This document shows, in pieces, positions 38,246 to 47,412 of a stretch of DNA of 64,000 nucleotides. The position numbers were made by a program, and so were the translations under genes. Within the stretch, counting starts at the first letter, position 1. Each line of letters starts with the position of its first letter. The notes beneath the pieces are model-generated. The model made no database searches. It was not told the origin of the DNA and saw only the letters and a list, made by a program, of their open reading frames with translations. This DNA is from Euryarchaeota archaeon Ods01 (GTDB lineage Archaea > Halobacteriota > Halobacteria > Halobacteriales > Halorutilaceae). The stretch spans positions 149-64,148 of the forward strand of contig JAQZCZ010000001.1 of NCBI GenBank assembly GCA_028751095.1, in the 5' to 3' direction.

Positions 38246-38821
38246 TTAGTTACCCGTTTCGTCGGTCGTCTTCTCACCGCGCGCGAGCGAGATACGTCCT
38301 GTACGGACGGTCTCCTTGATACCGAACTGTCGCACCATGTCTTCGAAGGCTTCGACCTTCTCGGTATCACCCGTCACCTCAACGACGACGGCGTTCGAAC
38401 CCATGTCGACGACGTTGGCGCGGAACGAGTTGGCTATCTGCATTATTTCGCCGCGCGTTTCGGGGTCGCACGCGACCTTGTACATGGCGAGTTCGCGGTC
38501 AACCGAGTCGTCGTCGGTAAGGTCGCTGACCTTGATGACCGGTATCACCTTGTTGAGCTGTTTCTTGACCTGTTCGACGGTCTTGTCGTTGCCTTCGACG
38601 ACGATGGTCATCCGCGAGTACTCGGGGTTCTCGGTCTCGCCAACCGCAAGCGAGTCGATATTGAAGTCGCGGCGCGTGAACAGTCCGGCGACGCGCGAAA
38701 GCACGCCAGGCTTGTTCTCGACGAGCACCGAAAGCGTGTACTCCGTCTCGTCGGCTCCACGTGCGACCGCATCCTCGCGGACACCCGTCGGCAGACGGCG
38801 TGTAGGTGCTCCCTTGCTCAT
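38246..38821 (-). CDS. ilvN: acetolactate synthase small (regulatory) subunit
   Basis: [29 protein letters not shown]. Confidence 0.95.
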   Translation of the reverse strand: MSKGAPTRRLPTGVREDAVARGADETEYTLSVLVENKPGVLSRVAGLFTRRDFNIDSLAVGETENPEYSRMTIVVEGNDKTVEQVKKQLNKVIPVIKVSDLTDDDSVDRELAMYKVACDPETRGEIMQIANSFRANVVDMGSNAVVVEVTGDTEKVEAFEDMVRQFGIKETVRTGRISLARGEKTTDETGN

Positions 38822-40572
38822 GATATCCGGCTCCCTTGTGTGCCCTTACCCATGATGAACTCGTCGTTGCCGCTTCCCGCGGGCACCATCGGGAAGACGT
38901 TTTCGTTCGGGTCTATGACAGCGTCGATGACGCTCGGACCATCGTACTCCAGCGCCTCGTCAAGTACCTCGTCAACGTTCTCGGGGTCGGTAAGTCGCCA
39001 GCCTTTCGCGCCGAACGCCTCGGCTATCTTGTCGAACTCGGGAAGATGCGGGAGTTCGCTCTCGGCGTAACGTTCGTCTTGGAAAAGCTCCTGCCACTGG
39101 CGCACCATGCCCATGTAGTAGTTGTTGATTATGACGAGCGTGAAGTCGAGTTCCTCGCGGACCGCCGTCGTCAGCTCCTGTACGGTCATCAGGAACGAGC
39201 CGTCACCGTCTATACAGACGACCTCGGTATCGGGCGCGGCTAGCTTCGCGCCGATGGTCATCGGAAGACCGCATCCCATCGTACCGAGTCCACCGCTTGA
39301 AATCCAGGTACGCGGCTCCTGATACTCGTACCACTGAGCCGCCCACATCTGGTGCTGTCCGACGCCGGTACAGACGATGGTGTCGTCGGTCGTCTTATCG
39401 TCAAGCGTCTCGATAACGCGCTGAGGCTTGAGGTCGTCGCCCTCTTGCTCGTACTCCATCGGATACTTCTCCTTCCATTCGCTGAGCTTTTCGAGCCAGT
39501 CCGCCGTGTCGGGCGCGTCGCGCTCCTCCATCTCGTCGTTGATGTCGCCCACGACCCGTTTGGCGTCGCCGACGATAGGTATGTCGGCGTGGATATTCTT
39601 CGAGATTTCCGCCGGGTCGATGTCGATATGGATGACCTTCGCGTGAGGAGCGAACGACTCTATCTTGCCCGTCGCGCGGTCGTCGAAACGGACGCCGATA
39701 CCGATGAGTAGGTCGCAGTCGGTGACGGCGCGGTTGGCGTACCCCGTGCCGTGCATACCGAGCATTCCGAGCGAGAGGTCGTTGTCCTCGGGAAATGCGC
39801 CGAGTCCTTGTAGACTCGTCGTAACGGGGATACCGTTCTCGTTGGCGAGTTCACGGACCTCGTCGGCGGCGTCCGCCATGATAGCGCCTCCGCCCGCGAA
39901 GATGAGCGGCTTGTCGGCTTCCTCTATTGCCTCCGCCGCCCTCTTAATCTGACGCGGATGCCCCTCGTAGTTAGGGCTGTATCCTTCGACGTTGAGTTCG
40001 CTACGGACGGCGTCGGTGTCGTTCTTCGAAACGTCCTTGGGAACGTCGAGGACGACGGGTCCCGGGCGTCCCGTGTTGGAGACGTAGAACGCCTCCTGTA
40101 CGGTGTCGGGCACCTCGTCCTCGTCCTTGATTAGGTAGTTGTGCTTCGTGACGGGCATCGAGACGCCGCGCATATCGGTCTCCTGGAAGGCGTCGTTGCC
40201 TATCATCTCGGTCGGGACCTGCCCTGTGATAGCGACGATAGAACGGGAGTCCATGTCGGCGTCGGCGAGTCCCGTGATGAGATTGGTCGCTCCCGGACCC
40301 GATGTTGCGAGACATACGCCAGGGCGTCCTGTCACAGAATGGTACGCCTCGGCGGCGTGTGCCGCGCCCTGTTCGTGCCCCATCATGACGTGGTTTATCT
40401 CGTCGTCGTCGTACAGGACATCGTAGACGGGCATGATTGCGCCGCCCGTGATGCCGAACATCGTGTCGACACCCTCCTGCTTCAGACCTTCGACGAGGGC
40501 TTCTGCACCCCTACGTGTCGTCGGAGCCTCCTCCTCTTCGGTTTCTTCCGTATCTCTCGTTGTCTTGCTCAT
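38818..40572 (-). CDS. ilvB: acetolactate synthase large subunit
   Basis: HEQGAAH, TSGPGATN, GVGQHQMW, GDGSF..NN TPP-binding motif. Confidence 0.96.
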   Translation of the reverse strand: MSKTTRDTEETEEEEAPTTRRGAEALVEGLKQEGVDTMFGITGGAIMPVYDVLYDDDEINHVMMGHEQGAAHAAEAYHSVTGRPGVCLATSGPGATNLITGLADADMDSRSIVAITGQVPTEMIGNDAFQETDMRGVSMPVTKHNYLIKDEDEVPDTVQEAFYVSNTGRPGPVVLDVPKDVSKNDTDAVRSELNVEGYSPNYEGHPRQIKRAAEAIEEADKPLIFAGGGAIMADAADEVRELANENGIPVTTSLQGLGAFPEDNDLSLGMLGMHGTGYANRAVTDCDLLIGIGVRFDDRATGKIESFAPHAKVIHIDIDPAEISKNIHADIPIVGDAKRVVGDINDEMEERDAPDTADWLEKLSEWKEKYPMEYEQEGDDLKPQRVIETLDDKTTDDTIVCTGVGQHQMWAAQWYEYQEPRTWISSGGLGTMGCGLPMTIGAKLAAPDTEVVCIDGDGSFLMTVQELTTAVREELDFTLVIINNYYMGMVRQWQELFQDERYAESELPHLPEFDKIAEAFGAKGWRLTDPENVDEVLDEALEYDGPSVIDAVIDPNENVFPMVPAGSGNDEFIMGKGTQGSRIS

Positions 40573-40573
40573 G

Positions 40574-42166
40574 TTATGGTTCAGCACCTCTTTCGCGTTC
40601 TTCGCGTGCTTCCTTACGGACGAGATGGTTGACGGCGTCAACGAGCGCCTCGACGCTCGCCACCGTGATATCCTCGCTCGACGCGTTGGCGTTCGCCTCT
40701 TCGCCGTCGCGTTCGACACCGACGTAGACGTTGGCAACTGCGTCGCTTCCGCCGCTGATAGCGTCGATATGGAAGTCAGTGATTTCGACGTCGTACTCTC
40801 CGCCCATCAGCGACGAAACGGCAGACATGGCGGCGTCAACGGGTCCGACGCCAACGTCCGCCTCGACACGTTCCTCGTCCTCGACCTCCGCGCGTACGCT
40901 CGCCATCGGCGTACGGTCGTTGCCCGTGGAGACGTTGACCTCCTTGAGGTCGACCGTCTTTTCGGCTTCGGGGACGGCGGACATGACGCTCTCCGCGATT
41001 GCGAAGACATCGGCGTCGGAGACGCGTTTGCCCTTGCCACCCATGCTCTTGATACGCCGCGTAATCTCGCGCACCTCGTCGTCGTCGGGTTCGTATCCGG
41101 CTTCCTCAAGCGTCTCACGGACGCTGTGCGTGCCCGTGTGCTTACCCATGACGAGACGGCGTTGGTGTCCGACATCCTCGGGACCCATGATTCCGGGTTC
41201 GAAGGTCGAGGAGTCTTCGATTACGCCAGCGGCGTGTATCCCGCTTTCGTGCGAGAAGGCGTTGTCACCGACGACGGGCTTGTTCTGAGGAAGCGGTATT
41301 CCGCTGAGACGTTCGACGGTCTTCGACAGGTCGTAGATACGCGTCGTATCGATTCCGGTATCGATACCGTATATCGATTCGAGCGACATGACGACCTCTT
41401 CGAGAGCGGCGTTTCCGGCGCGCTCGCCGATTCCGTTAACCGAAACCTGACACTGTACCGCGCCAGCCTCGATTCCGGCGAGCGCGTTCGCCGCCGCGAG
41501 TCCGAAGTCGTCGTGCGTATGTACGTCGTAAGGCACGTCAACCTCGTCGCGGAGCGCATCTATCAGACGGTACATCGCGGTCGGACGTATCACGCCGACG
41601 GTGTCCGGAATGTTGACGATATCCGCACCCGCGTCGTGCGCCGTCTCGATAATATCGACGAGGTAGTCGAAGTCGGTACGGGTCGCGTCCATCGGCGAGA
41701 ACATACAGTCAACGCCGTGGTCCTTGACGTGTTCGACGGCGTCGCGCGTCATCTCCAGCACCTCCTCCCGCGACGAGTCCATCGACTTCTGTATCTGTAT
41801 ATCGCTCGACGAGACGAAGGTGTGTACGAGGTCAACGTCGGCGTCGAGAGCGGCGTCGAGGTCCTCCTCGTGGACACGTGCCAGACCGCAGACATCGTTC
41901 TCGCTCGTCGCCGCGATTTCACTCACAGCCTCGAACTCCTCGTCGCTGTTGATGGGGAATCCAGCCTCTATGACGTGGACGCCCATCTCGTCGAGAGTCT
42001 CAGCTATACGGAGCTTATCGTCGAACGAGAACGACGTGCCTGGCGACTGTTCGCCGTCACGTAACGTCGTATCGAAGATACTGACGTCAGTTACGTCGTG
42101 GTCCCAAAAAACGATCCCCTTCCTTCGACTCTTCCGGTACAAATCCATCACCGGATACGTCGTCAT
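40574..42166 (-). CDS. leuA: 2-isopropylmalate synthase with C-terminal regulatory domain; true start uncertain (see findings)
   Basis: DTTLRDGEQ, HTHDDFG, GIGERAGNA, HESGIH, GVGPVDA; first gene of the leu/ilv operon; citramalate synthase not fully excluded. Confidence 0.88.
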   Translation of the reverse strand: MTTYPVMDLYRKSRRKGIVFWDHDVTDVSIFDTTLRDGEQSPGTSFSFDDKLRIAETLDEMGVHVIEAGFPINSDEEFEAVSEIAATSENDVCGLARVHEEDLDAALDADVDLVHTFVSSSDIQIQKSMDSSREEVLEMTRDAVEHVKDHGVDCMFSPMDATRTDFDYLVDIIETAHDAGADIVNIPDTVGVIRPTAMYRLIDALRDEVDVPYDVHTHDDFGLAAANALAGIEAGAVQCQVSVNGIGERAGNAALEEVVMSLESIYGIDTGIDTTRIYDLSKTVERLSGIPLPQNKPVVGDNAFSHESGIHAAGVIEDSSTFEPGIMGPEDVGHQRRLVMGKHTGTHSVRETLEEAGYEPDDDEVREITRRIKSMGGKGKRVSDADVFAIAESVMSAVPEAEKTVDLKEVNVSTGNDRTPMASVRAEVEDEERVEADVGVGPVDAAMSAVSSLMGGEYDVEITDFHIDAISGGSDAVANVYVGVERDGEEANANASSEDITVASVEALVDAVNHLVRKEAREERERGAEP

Positions 42167-42179
42167 CCTTTCGGGTCAT
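42087..42179 (-). CDS. 30-aa uORF overlapping the leuA 5' end in another frame (leader peptide or frameshift entry ORF)
   Basis: MTRKDDDVSGDGFVPEESKEGDRFLGPRRN; ATG lies 28 nt downstream of a CTTAAG box; acidic composition; single Leu codon. Confidence 0.6.
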   Translation of the reverse strand: MTRKDDDVSGDGFVPEESKEGDRFLGPRRN

Positions 42180-42206
42180 CGTAATCTAACGCACTCACCT
42201 TTCGGA

Positions 42207-42212
42207 CTTAAG
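42207..42212 (-). promoter_or_regulatory. TATA-like box of the leuA-ilv-leu operon
   Basis: CTTAAG at leaderless-transcript distance from ATG 42179. Confidence 0.55.
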
Positions 42213-42313
42213 CCTGTCGATTAAAAGGGTGGATTGGCAGACGGTGACACGGAAGCCGCACGCGGCGGAGGACGTGTCGCAGGTTTTGAGAAGGGTGATG
42301 ACGTACCCCCTGT

Positions 42314-42685
42314 ATGGAAAGAACCGAAACGGTTCCGATGCTCAGCGTTGCGGGAGGCGGGGTCCTCGTTGCGACGGGTGTAGTCGCCTACGTAATAACC
42401 GACTTCGCCAGCGTGACAGCGCTCATCCCCGCCGTCTTCGGCGTCATTCTCGCCCTCGCCGGTATCGTGGGGCTACGTACCGACCGCGAGCGGGAATCCG
42501 TCTACGCCACCGCGGTCGTGGCGGTGGTCGGCGCGTTAGGTTCGACCCGCGGTGTGCCCGACAAGATTTCGCTCCTGCGCGGCGAACCTGTCGAAACACC
42601 CGTCGCCGCAGTATCGCAGGGCGTGATGCTCGGCGTCTGCGTCGTCTTGGTTGTCGCCGCCGTCTGGTACGTGGTAAAGGAGTAG
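42314..42685 (+). CDS. small 4-TM membrane protein
   Basis: Four hydrophobic segments, SVTALIPAVFG motif. Confidence 0.75.
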   Translation: MERTETVPMLSVAGGGVLVATGVVAYVITDFASVTALIPAVFGVILALAGIVGLRTDRERESVYATAVVAVVGALGSTRGVPDKISLLRGEPVETPVAAVSQGVMLGVCVVLVVAAVWYVVKE

Positions 42686-43813
42686 CTATCCGAGTTGATG
42701 TACGCGTTCCGCCACCGCCGCACCGAACTCGTCGGTGCCTGCATCGCCGCCTAGGTCGCGTGTCAGCGTCTCGCCTTCTGCGATTACGTCCTGTAGCGCT
42801 TCGAGGACGAGTTCGCCCGCCTCCTCCTCGCCGATATGGTCGAGAAGGAGAGCGCCAGCCCAGATTGTCGCCGTCGGGTTGGCGCGGTTCTCGCCCGCGT
42901 ACTTGGGCGCGCTTCCGTGGAGGGGTTCGAACATACTCGTGCCTTCGGGGTTGATATTTCCGCCCGGCGCTAAGCCGAGTCCGCCCTGAAGCATCGCGCC
43001 GAGGTCAGTGATTATGTCGCCGAAGGTGTTGGGCGTGACGACAGTCTGGTAATGGTCGGGGTTCTTGACGAACCACATCGTCGTCGCGTCTACGTAGTCG
43101 TACTCGTGGTCGATTCCGTCGTAGTTCGTCGCCACGTCATCCATGACCTCGCGCCACATTCCGTAGATATCGGTCAGGACGTTCGCCTTATCGACGCCCG
43201 TCACGAGGTCGTGGTCGTTCTCCGCCGCGTGGTCGAAGGCGTACTCGACGACGCGTTCGGTGCCTTCGCGCGATATAGAGCCTATCTGGTAGGCGATTTC
43301 CTCGGCGTCTGTTTCGATGTCGAGACCGAACTTGGTCTTGTAGAGCTTACGCTCGACCTCCAGTTCGGCGCTCGACTTACCCGTCTCGGCGCGCCCACCG
43401 ATACCGACGTAGAAGTCCTCGGTGTTTTCGCGCACCACGGTGAAGTCGATATCCTCGGGTCCGCGGTTGCGGAGGGGCGACTCAACGCCTTCGAGGAGCT
43501 TGATGGGGCGCAGGTTGACGTACTGGTCGAACTCAAAACGCAGGCGGAGGATGATTCCCTTTTCGAGAACCCCAGGTTCGACGCGCGGGTCACCGATGCT
43601 TCCGAAGTAGATAGCGTCGTAGCCCGAGAGTTCGTCGAGCGCGCTGTCGGGAAGGATTTCGTCGGTTTCGAGGTAATGGTCGGCTCCGTAAGGCAGGTCA
43701 CGCCATTCGATTCCGAAGTTGCGTGCGTCGCTCGCCGCCTCCAGAACCGTCTTTCCGGCGTCGATTATCTCGGGTCCGATACCGTCCCCTTCGATGACAG
43801 GTATCTCGTGCAT
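42686..43813 (-). CDS. leuB: 3-isopropylmalate dehydrogenase (isocitrate/isopropylmalate dehydrogenase family)
   Basis: [42 protein letters not shown]; located in the leu cluster. Confidence 0.88.
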   Translation of the reverse strand: MHEIPVIEGDGIGPEIIDAGKTVLEAASDARNFGIEWRDLPYGADHYLETDEILPDSALDELSGYDAIYFGSIGDPRVEPGVLEKGIILRLRFEFDQYVNLRPIKLLEGVESPLRNRGPEDIDFTVVRENTEDFYVGIGGRAETGKSSAELEVERKLYKTKFGLDIETDAEEIAYQIGSISREGTERVVEYAFDHAAENDHDLVTGVDKANVLTDIYGMWREVMDDVATNYDGIDHEYDYVDATTMWFVKNPDHYQTVVTPNTFGDIITDLGAMLQGGLGLAPGGNINPEGTSMFEPLHGSAPKYAGENRANPTATIWAGALLLDHIGEEEAGELVLEALQDVIAEGETLTRDLGGDAGTDEFGAAVAERVHQLG

Positions 43814-43978
43814 ACGCGAGACGCGTGCGCGGCGCTCATAGGAGTTTCGTACTCGCGCCGGTTCCGGCGGGGTTTGTTGGACGCGACGGTATTACGCGTG
43901 TGTCTTTCCAGAAACAGTACCGTGCGTTACATCACGACGGGCGTTCTGAGCGTTGTCGTCTTCGTCATCTGTACGCCG

Positions 43979-44314
43979 TCAGTTTCGTCGAGAACGAGGG
44001 TTAGCGGTCGCTATCTGATAGCTGTTCCACGCCGTGACGGCGACGCCGAGGGCTGAGACGGCGGAGAGGGCGGCAAGACTCAGAACGCCGTGGTCTCGGA
44101 CGGCGTGCCACGATACGTAGATAACCACGATACCCACGGCTTTCATCGGGACCATCGACCAGATTCCGAAGGCTTCAAAGAGACGGCGTGGGACCGGATT
44201 ACGTTCGACGCCGCCGTAACGCGTCAGCGCGAGGTATGTCGTGACGGTGTCGCCGACTCCCCAGAAGGCGACGAGTACCGCCCATAGGTACGGCTCCGGA
44301 CCGGTCCCGAACAC
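43979..44314 (-). CDS. DUF5658-like small membrane protein
   Basis: GDTVTTY..L..GGVERNP..K motif in a hydrophobic protein. Confidence 0.7.
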   Translation of the reverse strand: MFGTGPEPYLWAVLVAFWGVGDTVTTYLALTRYGGVERNPVPRRLFEAFGIWSMVPMKAVGIVVIYVSWHAVRDHGVLSLAALSAVSALGVAVTAWNSYQIATANPRSRRN

Positions 44315-44316
44315 GT

Positions 44317-46011
44317 CTATCTGTCTACGCCGGGGTTGGTGTACGCGCCGTACTCCGCCGACGCGAACGCCTCGCCGTACTTGGCGAGGACGCCGCTCTC
44401 GTAGCTTGGCTCCGGCGTCTCACGTTCCTCCAGTCGGTTTTCGAGTTCGTCGTCCGAGAGGTCAACAGAGAGTTCGCGGTCCGAGATATCGACCGTCACG
44501 GTGTCGCCGTCTTCGAGAACGCCGATAGGTCCGCCGTCGTACGCCTCGGGTGCGACGTGCCCGATGGACAAGCCGCGGGTTGCGCCCGAGAACCGCCCGT
44601 CGGTGATGAGCGCCACGTCCTCAGAATGCCCCTGTCCGGCGACCGCCGAGGTGACGCCGAGCATCTCACGCATCCCGGGACCCCCGCGCGGTCCTTCGTT
44701 ACGGATGACGATTACGTCGCCCGAATCGACCTTGCCGCTCTGGACGTACCGCATCGCGTTCTCCTCGTCCTCAAAGACACGCGCGGGTCCCTCGTGGTGT
44801 ATCTCGTCGTCAGCGGTTATCTTGAGAACCGCTCCGCCGGGTGCGAGATTACCCTTCAGGATACGTATCGCGCCCTGCTCGTTCTTCGGCTCCTCGACAG
44901 TGTAGAGGAAGTCGGCGTCGATATCCTCGATTGCGGGCGGGTCGATACGTTCGAGTTCCTCGGCTATCGTTCTGCCCGTGACGGTGAGTGCGTCGCCGTG
45001 GAGAAGGTCGGCGTCGTAGAGTTCCTTCAGGACGACAGGGACGCCTCCGACCTCGTGTAGGTCGTTCATCGTCTTTTCGCCTCCGGGCTGGAGGTCGGCG
45101 ATTTTGGGCGTCCGGCGTGAAATCTCGTCGAACTCGTCTATCGTTAGGTCAACGCCCGCCTCGGACGCCATGGCGAGAAGATGGAGGACGGCGTTCGTCG
45201 AGCCGCCGATGGCGACCTGTAGCGCGATACCGTTCTCGAACGACTCCTTGGTCAGGAAGTCGGACGGACGGAGACGTTCCTCGACCGCCTCGACGGCGAG
45301 GCGTCCGGCGCGGCGTGCCTCCTCGTAACGCTCGGGGTCCTCGGCGGGGGGCGACGCGCTTCCAAGAGGAGCGAAGCCGATTGCCTCGGTTATCGACGAC
45401 ATCGTGTTCGCCGTGAACATGCCGCCGCACGAACCCGGTCCCGGACAGGCGTTACGTTCGAGTTCTTCGAGTTCCTCGTCCGACATCTCGCCCTCCGCCG
45501 CCGCACCGACGCATTCGAAGACGTTCTGTATCGTAACCTGCTCGCCGTCGTGTTCGCCCGGCATTATCGAACCGCCGTAGAGGAAAACGCTCGGTAGGTC
45601 GGCACGTATAGACGCCATCATCATTCCAGGCATGTTCTTGTCACATCCTCCGATGATGACGAGTCCGTCCATACGTTCGCCGAACGCAACGAGTTCGACG
45701 CTGTCGGCGATAACCTCGCGCGAGATGAGGGACGCCTTCATGCCCTCCGTCCCCATAGAGATAGCGTCGGAGATGGTGATAGTGCCGAACTCTATCGGCA
45801 TTCCGCCCGCCTCATCGACGCCTTCGCGCGCCGACTCGCCCACGTCGTCGAGATGGACGTTACACGGCGTTATATCGGCGGCGGGGTTGGCGATACCGAC
45901 CATCGGCGAAGAAAGGTCCTCGTCGTCGTAGCCCATGGCGCGGAACATCGCACGGTGAGGGGCGCGGTCCCGCCCCTCTGTAACCTCTTGGCTCTGTATC
46001 TTCTTGCTCAT
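44317..46011 (-). CDS. ilvD: dihydroxy-acid dehydratase
   Basis: PCNVHL, GCDKNMPG, CGGMFTANTM, GGSTN, GPGMREM, TDGRFSG. Confidence 0.97.
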   Translation of the reverse strand: MSKKIQSQEVTEGRDRAPHRAMFRAMGYDDEDLSSPMVGIANPAADITPCNVHLDDVGESAREGVDEAGGMPIEFGTITISDAISMGTEGMKASLISREVIADSVELVAFGERMDGLVIIGGCDKNMPGMMMASIRADLPSVFLYGGSIMPGEHDGEQVTIQNVFECVGAAAEGEMSDEELEELERNACPGPGSCGGMFTANTMSSITEAIGFAPLGSASPPAEDPERYEEARRAGRLAVEAVEERLRPSDFLTKESFENGIALQVAIGGSTNAVLHLLAMASEAGVDLTIDEFDEISRRTPKIADLQPGGEKTMNDLHEVGGVPVVLKELYDADLLHGDALTVTGRTIAEELERIDPPAIEDIDADFLYTVEEPKNEQGAIRILKGNLAPGGAVLKITADDEIHHEGPARVFEDEENAMRYVQSGKVDSGDVIVIRNEGPRGGPGMREMLGVTSAVAGQGHSEDVALITDGRFSGATRGLSIGHVAPEAYDGGPIGVLEDGDTVTVDISDRELSVDLSDDELENRLEERETPEPSYESGVLAKYGEAFASAEYGAYTNPGVDR

Positions 46012-46054
46012 GGTGGTAATGCGGCACGGGCGCTAATATACGGTTTGGTGTCGG

Positions 46055-46504
46055 TCAGTAAGGAGGGGAACCCGAGCGGATGACGTTCGATAGGCTCTCC
46101 ATCTCGTCGGAGATACCGCCGAGTTCGACGGCGAGGAGGACGGCGATATCGTCGAGAGTTACGATTCCGGCGATTTCGCCGTCGTCAACGACAGGCATAC
46201 GGCGCACGCCTGCGGCGTCGAGGGTGTCGATAAGTTCGCCTATCTCATCATGTGCGTTGACCGTGACGAGGTCGTCGGTCATAATATCCGAAGCCGTGAC
46301 GGCTTCAAGGTCGCGTCCCTGTGCTACGCCTCGGACCGTAATGTCACGGTCGGTCACAATACCGACCGGTTCGCCGCCCTCGACCACGACGACGCTTCCA
46401 ACGTTCGTCTCTTCCATCGTCTCGGCTATCTCGCGCGCCGTCTCGCCGGGTTCCGCAGTCACTACCTCGTCCGCCTCACGCGCTATCTCCTTTACTGTCG
46501 GCAT
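46055..46504 (-). CDS. CBS-domain pair protein
   Basis: VGSVVVV..VGIVTDRDI; VRRMPVV..GIVTLDDI. Confidence 0.92.
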   Translation of the reverse strand: MPTVKEIAREADEVVTAEPGETAREIAETMEETNVGSVVVVEGGEPVGIVTDRDITVRGVAQGRDLEAVTASDIMTDDLVTVNAHDEIGELIDTLDAAGVRRMPVVDDGEIAGIVTLDDIAVLLAVELGGISDEMESLSNVIRSGSPPY

Positions 46505-46576
46505 GTTCCAACCATACGTCGGAGGTAACTTAACTCTGTCCCGTGTGTTTTTGTACGCCGAAACCCATCATCCGGT

Positions 46577-46834
46577 ATGCCGTACAGAACCCCGTCGAAC
46601 CTCCTCGGACTTACCGACAGGAACGTTCCCGAAGGCTACTTCTGGATAACGCTCGTCGCACTCTGGTTCGTCTCGGCTATCTACCACGTCATACTGACCG
46701 GAGGTCTGTCGGTCGTAGACCACGTCTTCGTTGCAGTCACGGCGGTTCTGTACGCGGGACTGGCGGTTTTCGCGTTCGGTATCGCCGAAGTTGTCTTCGA
46801 GGTGGGGCGGCGTGCGACCGAGAGGATAGCTTAG
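46577..46834 (+). CDS. hypothetical small membrane protein
   Basis: 85 aa with two TM segments; fills an intergenic gap. Confidence 0.55.
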   Translation: MPYRTPSNLLGLTDRNVPEGYFWITLVALWFVSAIYHVILTGGLSVVDHVFVAVTAVLYAGLAVFAFGIAEVVFEVGRRATERIA

Positions 46835-47412
46835 CGCCGTTCGCGCGCCTTCCGCAGGAATCTCTCCATCATCTCGTGTCCGTGTGCCGTCAGGACGCTC
46901 TCGGGATGGAACTGGACGCCTTCGAGCGGCTTTTCGCGGTGACGCATCCCCATCACGATATCGCCGCCGTGCGCCGTTACCTCGAAGCAGTCGGGGACCT
47001 CGGTCACGCACAACGAATGGTAACGTCCGACGGGGAAGTTCTGCGGCAGGTCGTCGTAGACACCTTCGCCATCATGTTCGAGACGCGTCGTCTTTCCGTG
47101 TACGGGTTCGGGGGCGCGTCCGACCTCGCCGCCGTACGCCTCCGCCATCGCTTGGTGGCCGAGACAGACGCCGAGGGTCGGCGTCTCGTCGTACTCACGC
47201 AGGATACGCAGGACGTTACCGATATCGCGTTCGTTCGCGGGATGTCCGGGACCTGGGGAGACAACGATTCCGTCGGGGTCGACTTCGTCGACACGTTCGA
47301 GCGATACGCGGTTGTTCTCGACCACCGTCTCAACGCCCTCGACGCTCGTGTAGTCAACGAGGTTCCACGTGAACGAGTCGAAGTTATCGACAAATAGGAC
47401 GGTCGCCGTCAT
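46831..47412 (-). CDS. trpG: anthranilate synthase component II
   Basis: DNFDSFTWNL, SPGPG, GVCLGHQ, RYHSL, QFHPES. Confidence 0.96.
   Translation of the reverse strand: MTATVLFVDNFDSFTWNLVDYTSVEGVETVVENNRVSLERVDEVDPDGIVVSPGPGHPANERDIGNVLRILREYDETPTLGVCLGHQAMAEAYGGEVGRAPEPVHGKTTRLEHDGEGVYDDLPQNFPVGRYHSLCVTEVPDCFEVTAHGGDIVMGMRHREKPLEGVQFHPESVLTAHGHEMMERFLRKARERR

Noticed and set aside
38221-38370. Arg-rich N-terminal extensions in the ORF track (ilvC, ilvB, sppA, nif3, methyltransferase and others)
   Set aside because: They overlap neighbouring genes or promoters and lack acidic composition; downstream starts fit the family N-termini
40433-42064. 543-aa plus-strand ORF (likewise 43052-44056, 56792-57958 and 38150-39070)
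   Set aside because: Antisense to well-supported leuA, leuB, hemH and ilv genes; a codon-bias artefact
43927-43968. Short minus-strand ORF MTKTTTLRTPVVM upstream of leuB as an attenuator leader
   Set aside because: No clear promoter or terminator/antiterminator pair, and it lies over 100 nt from leuB; cannot be told from chance
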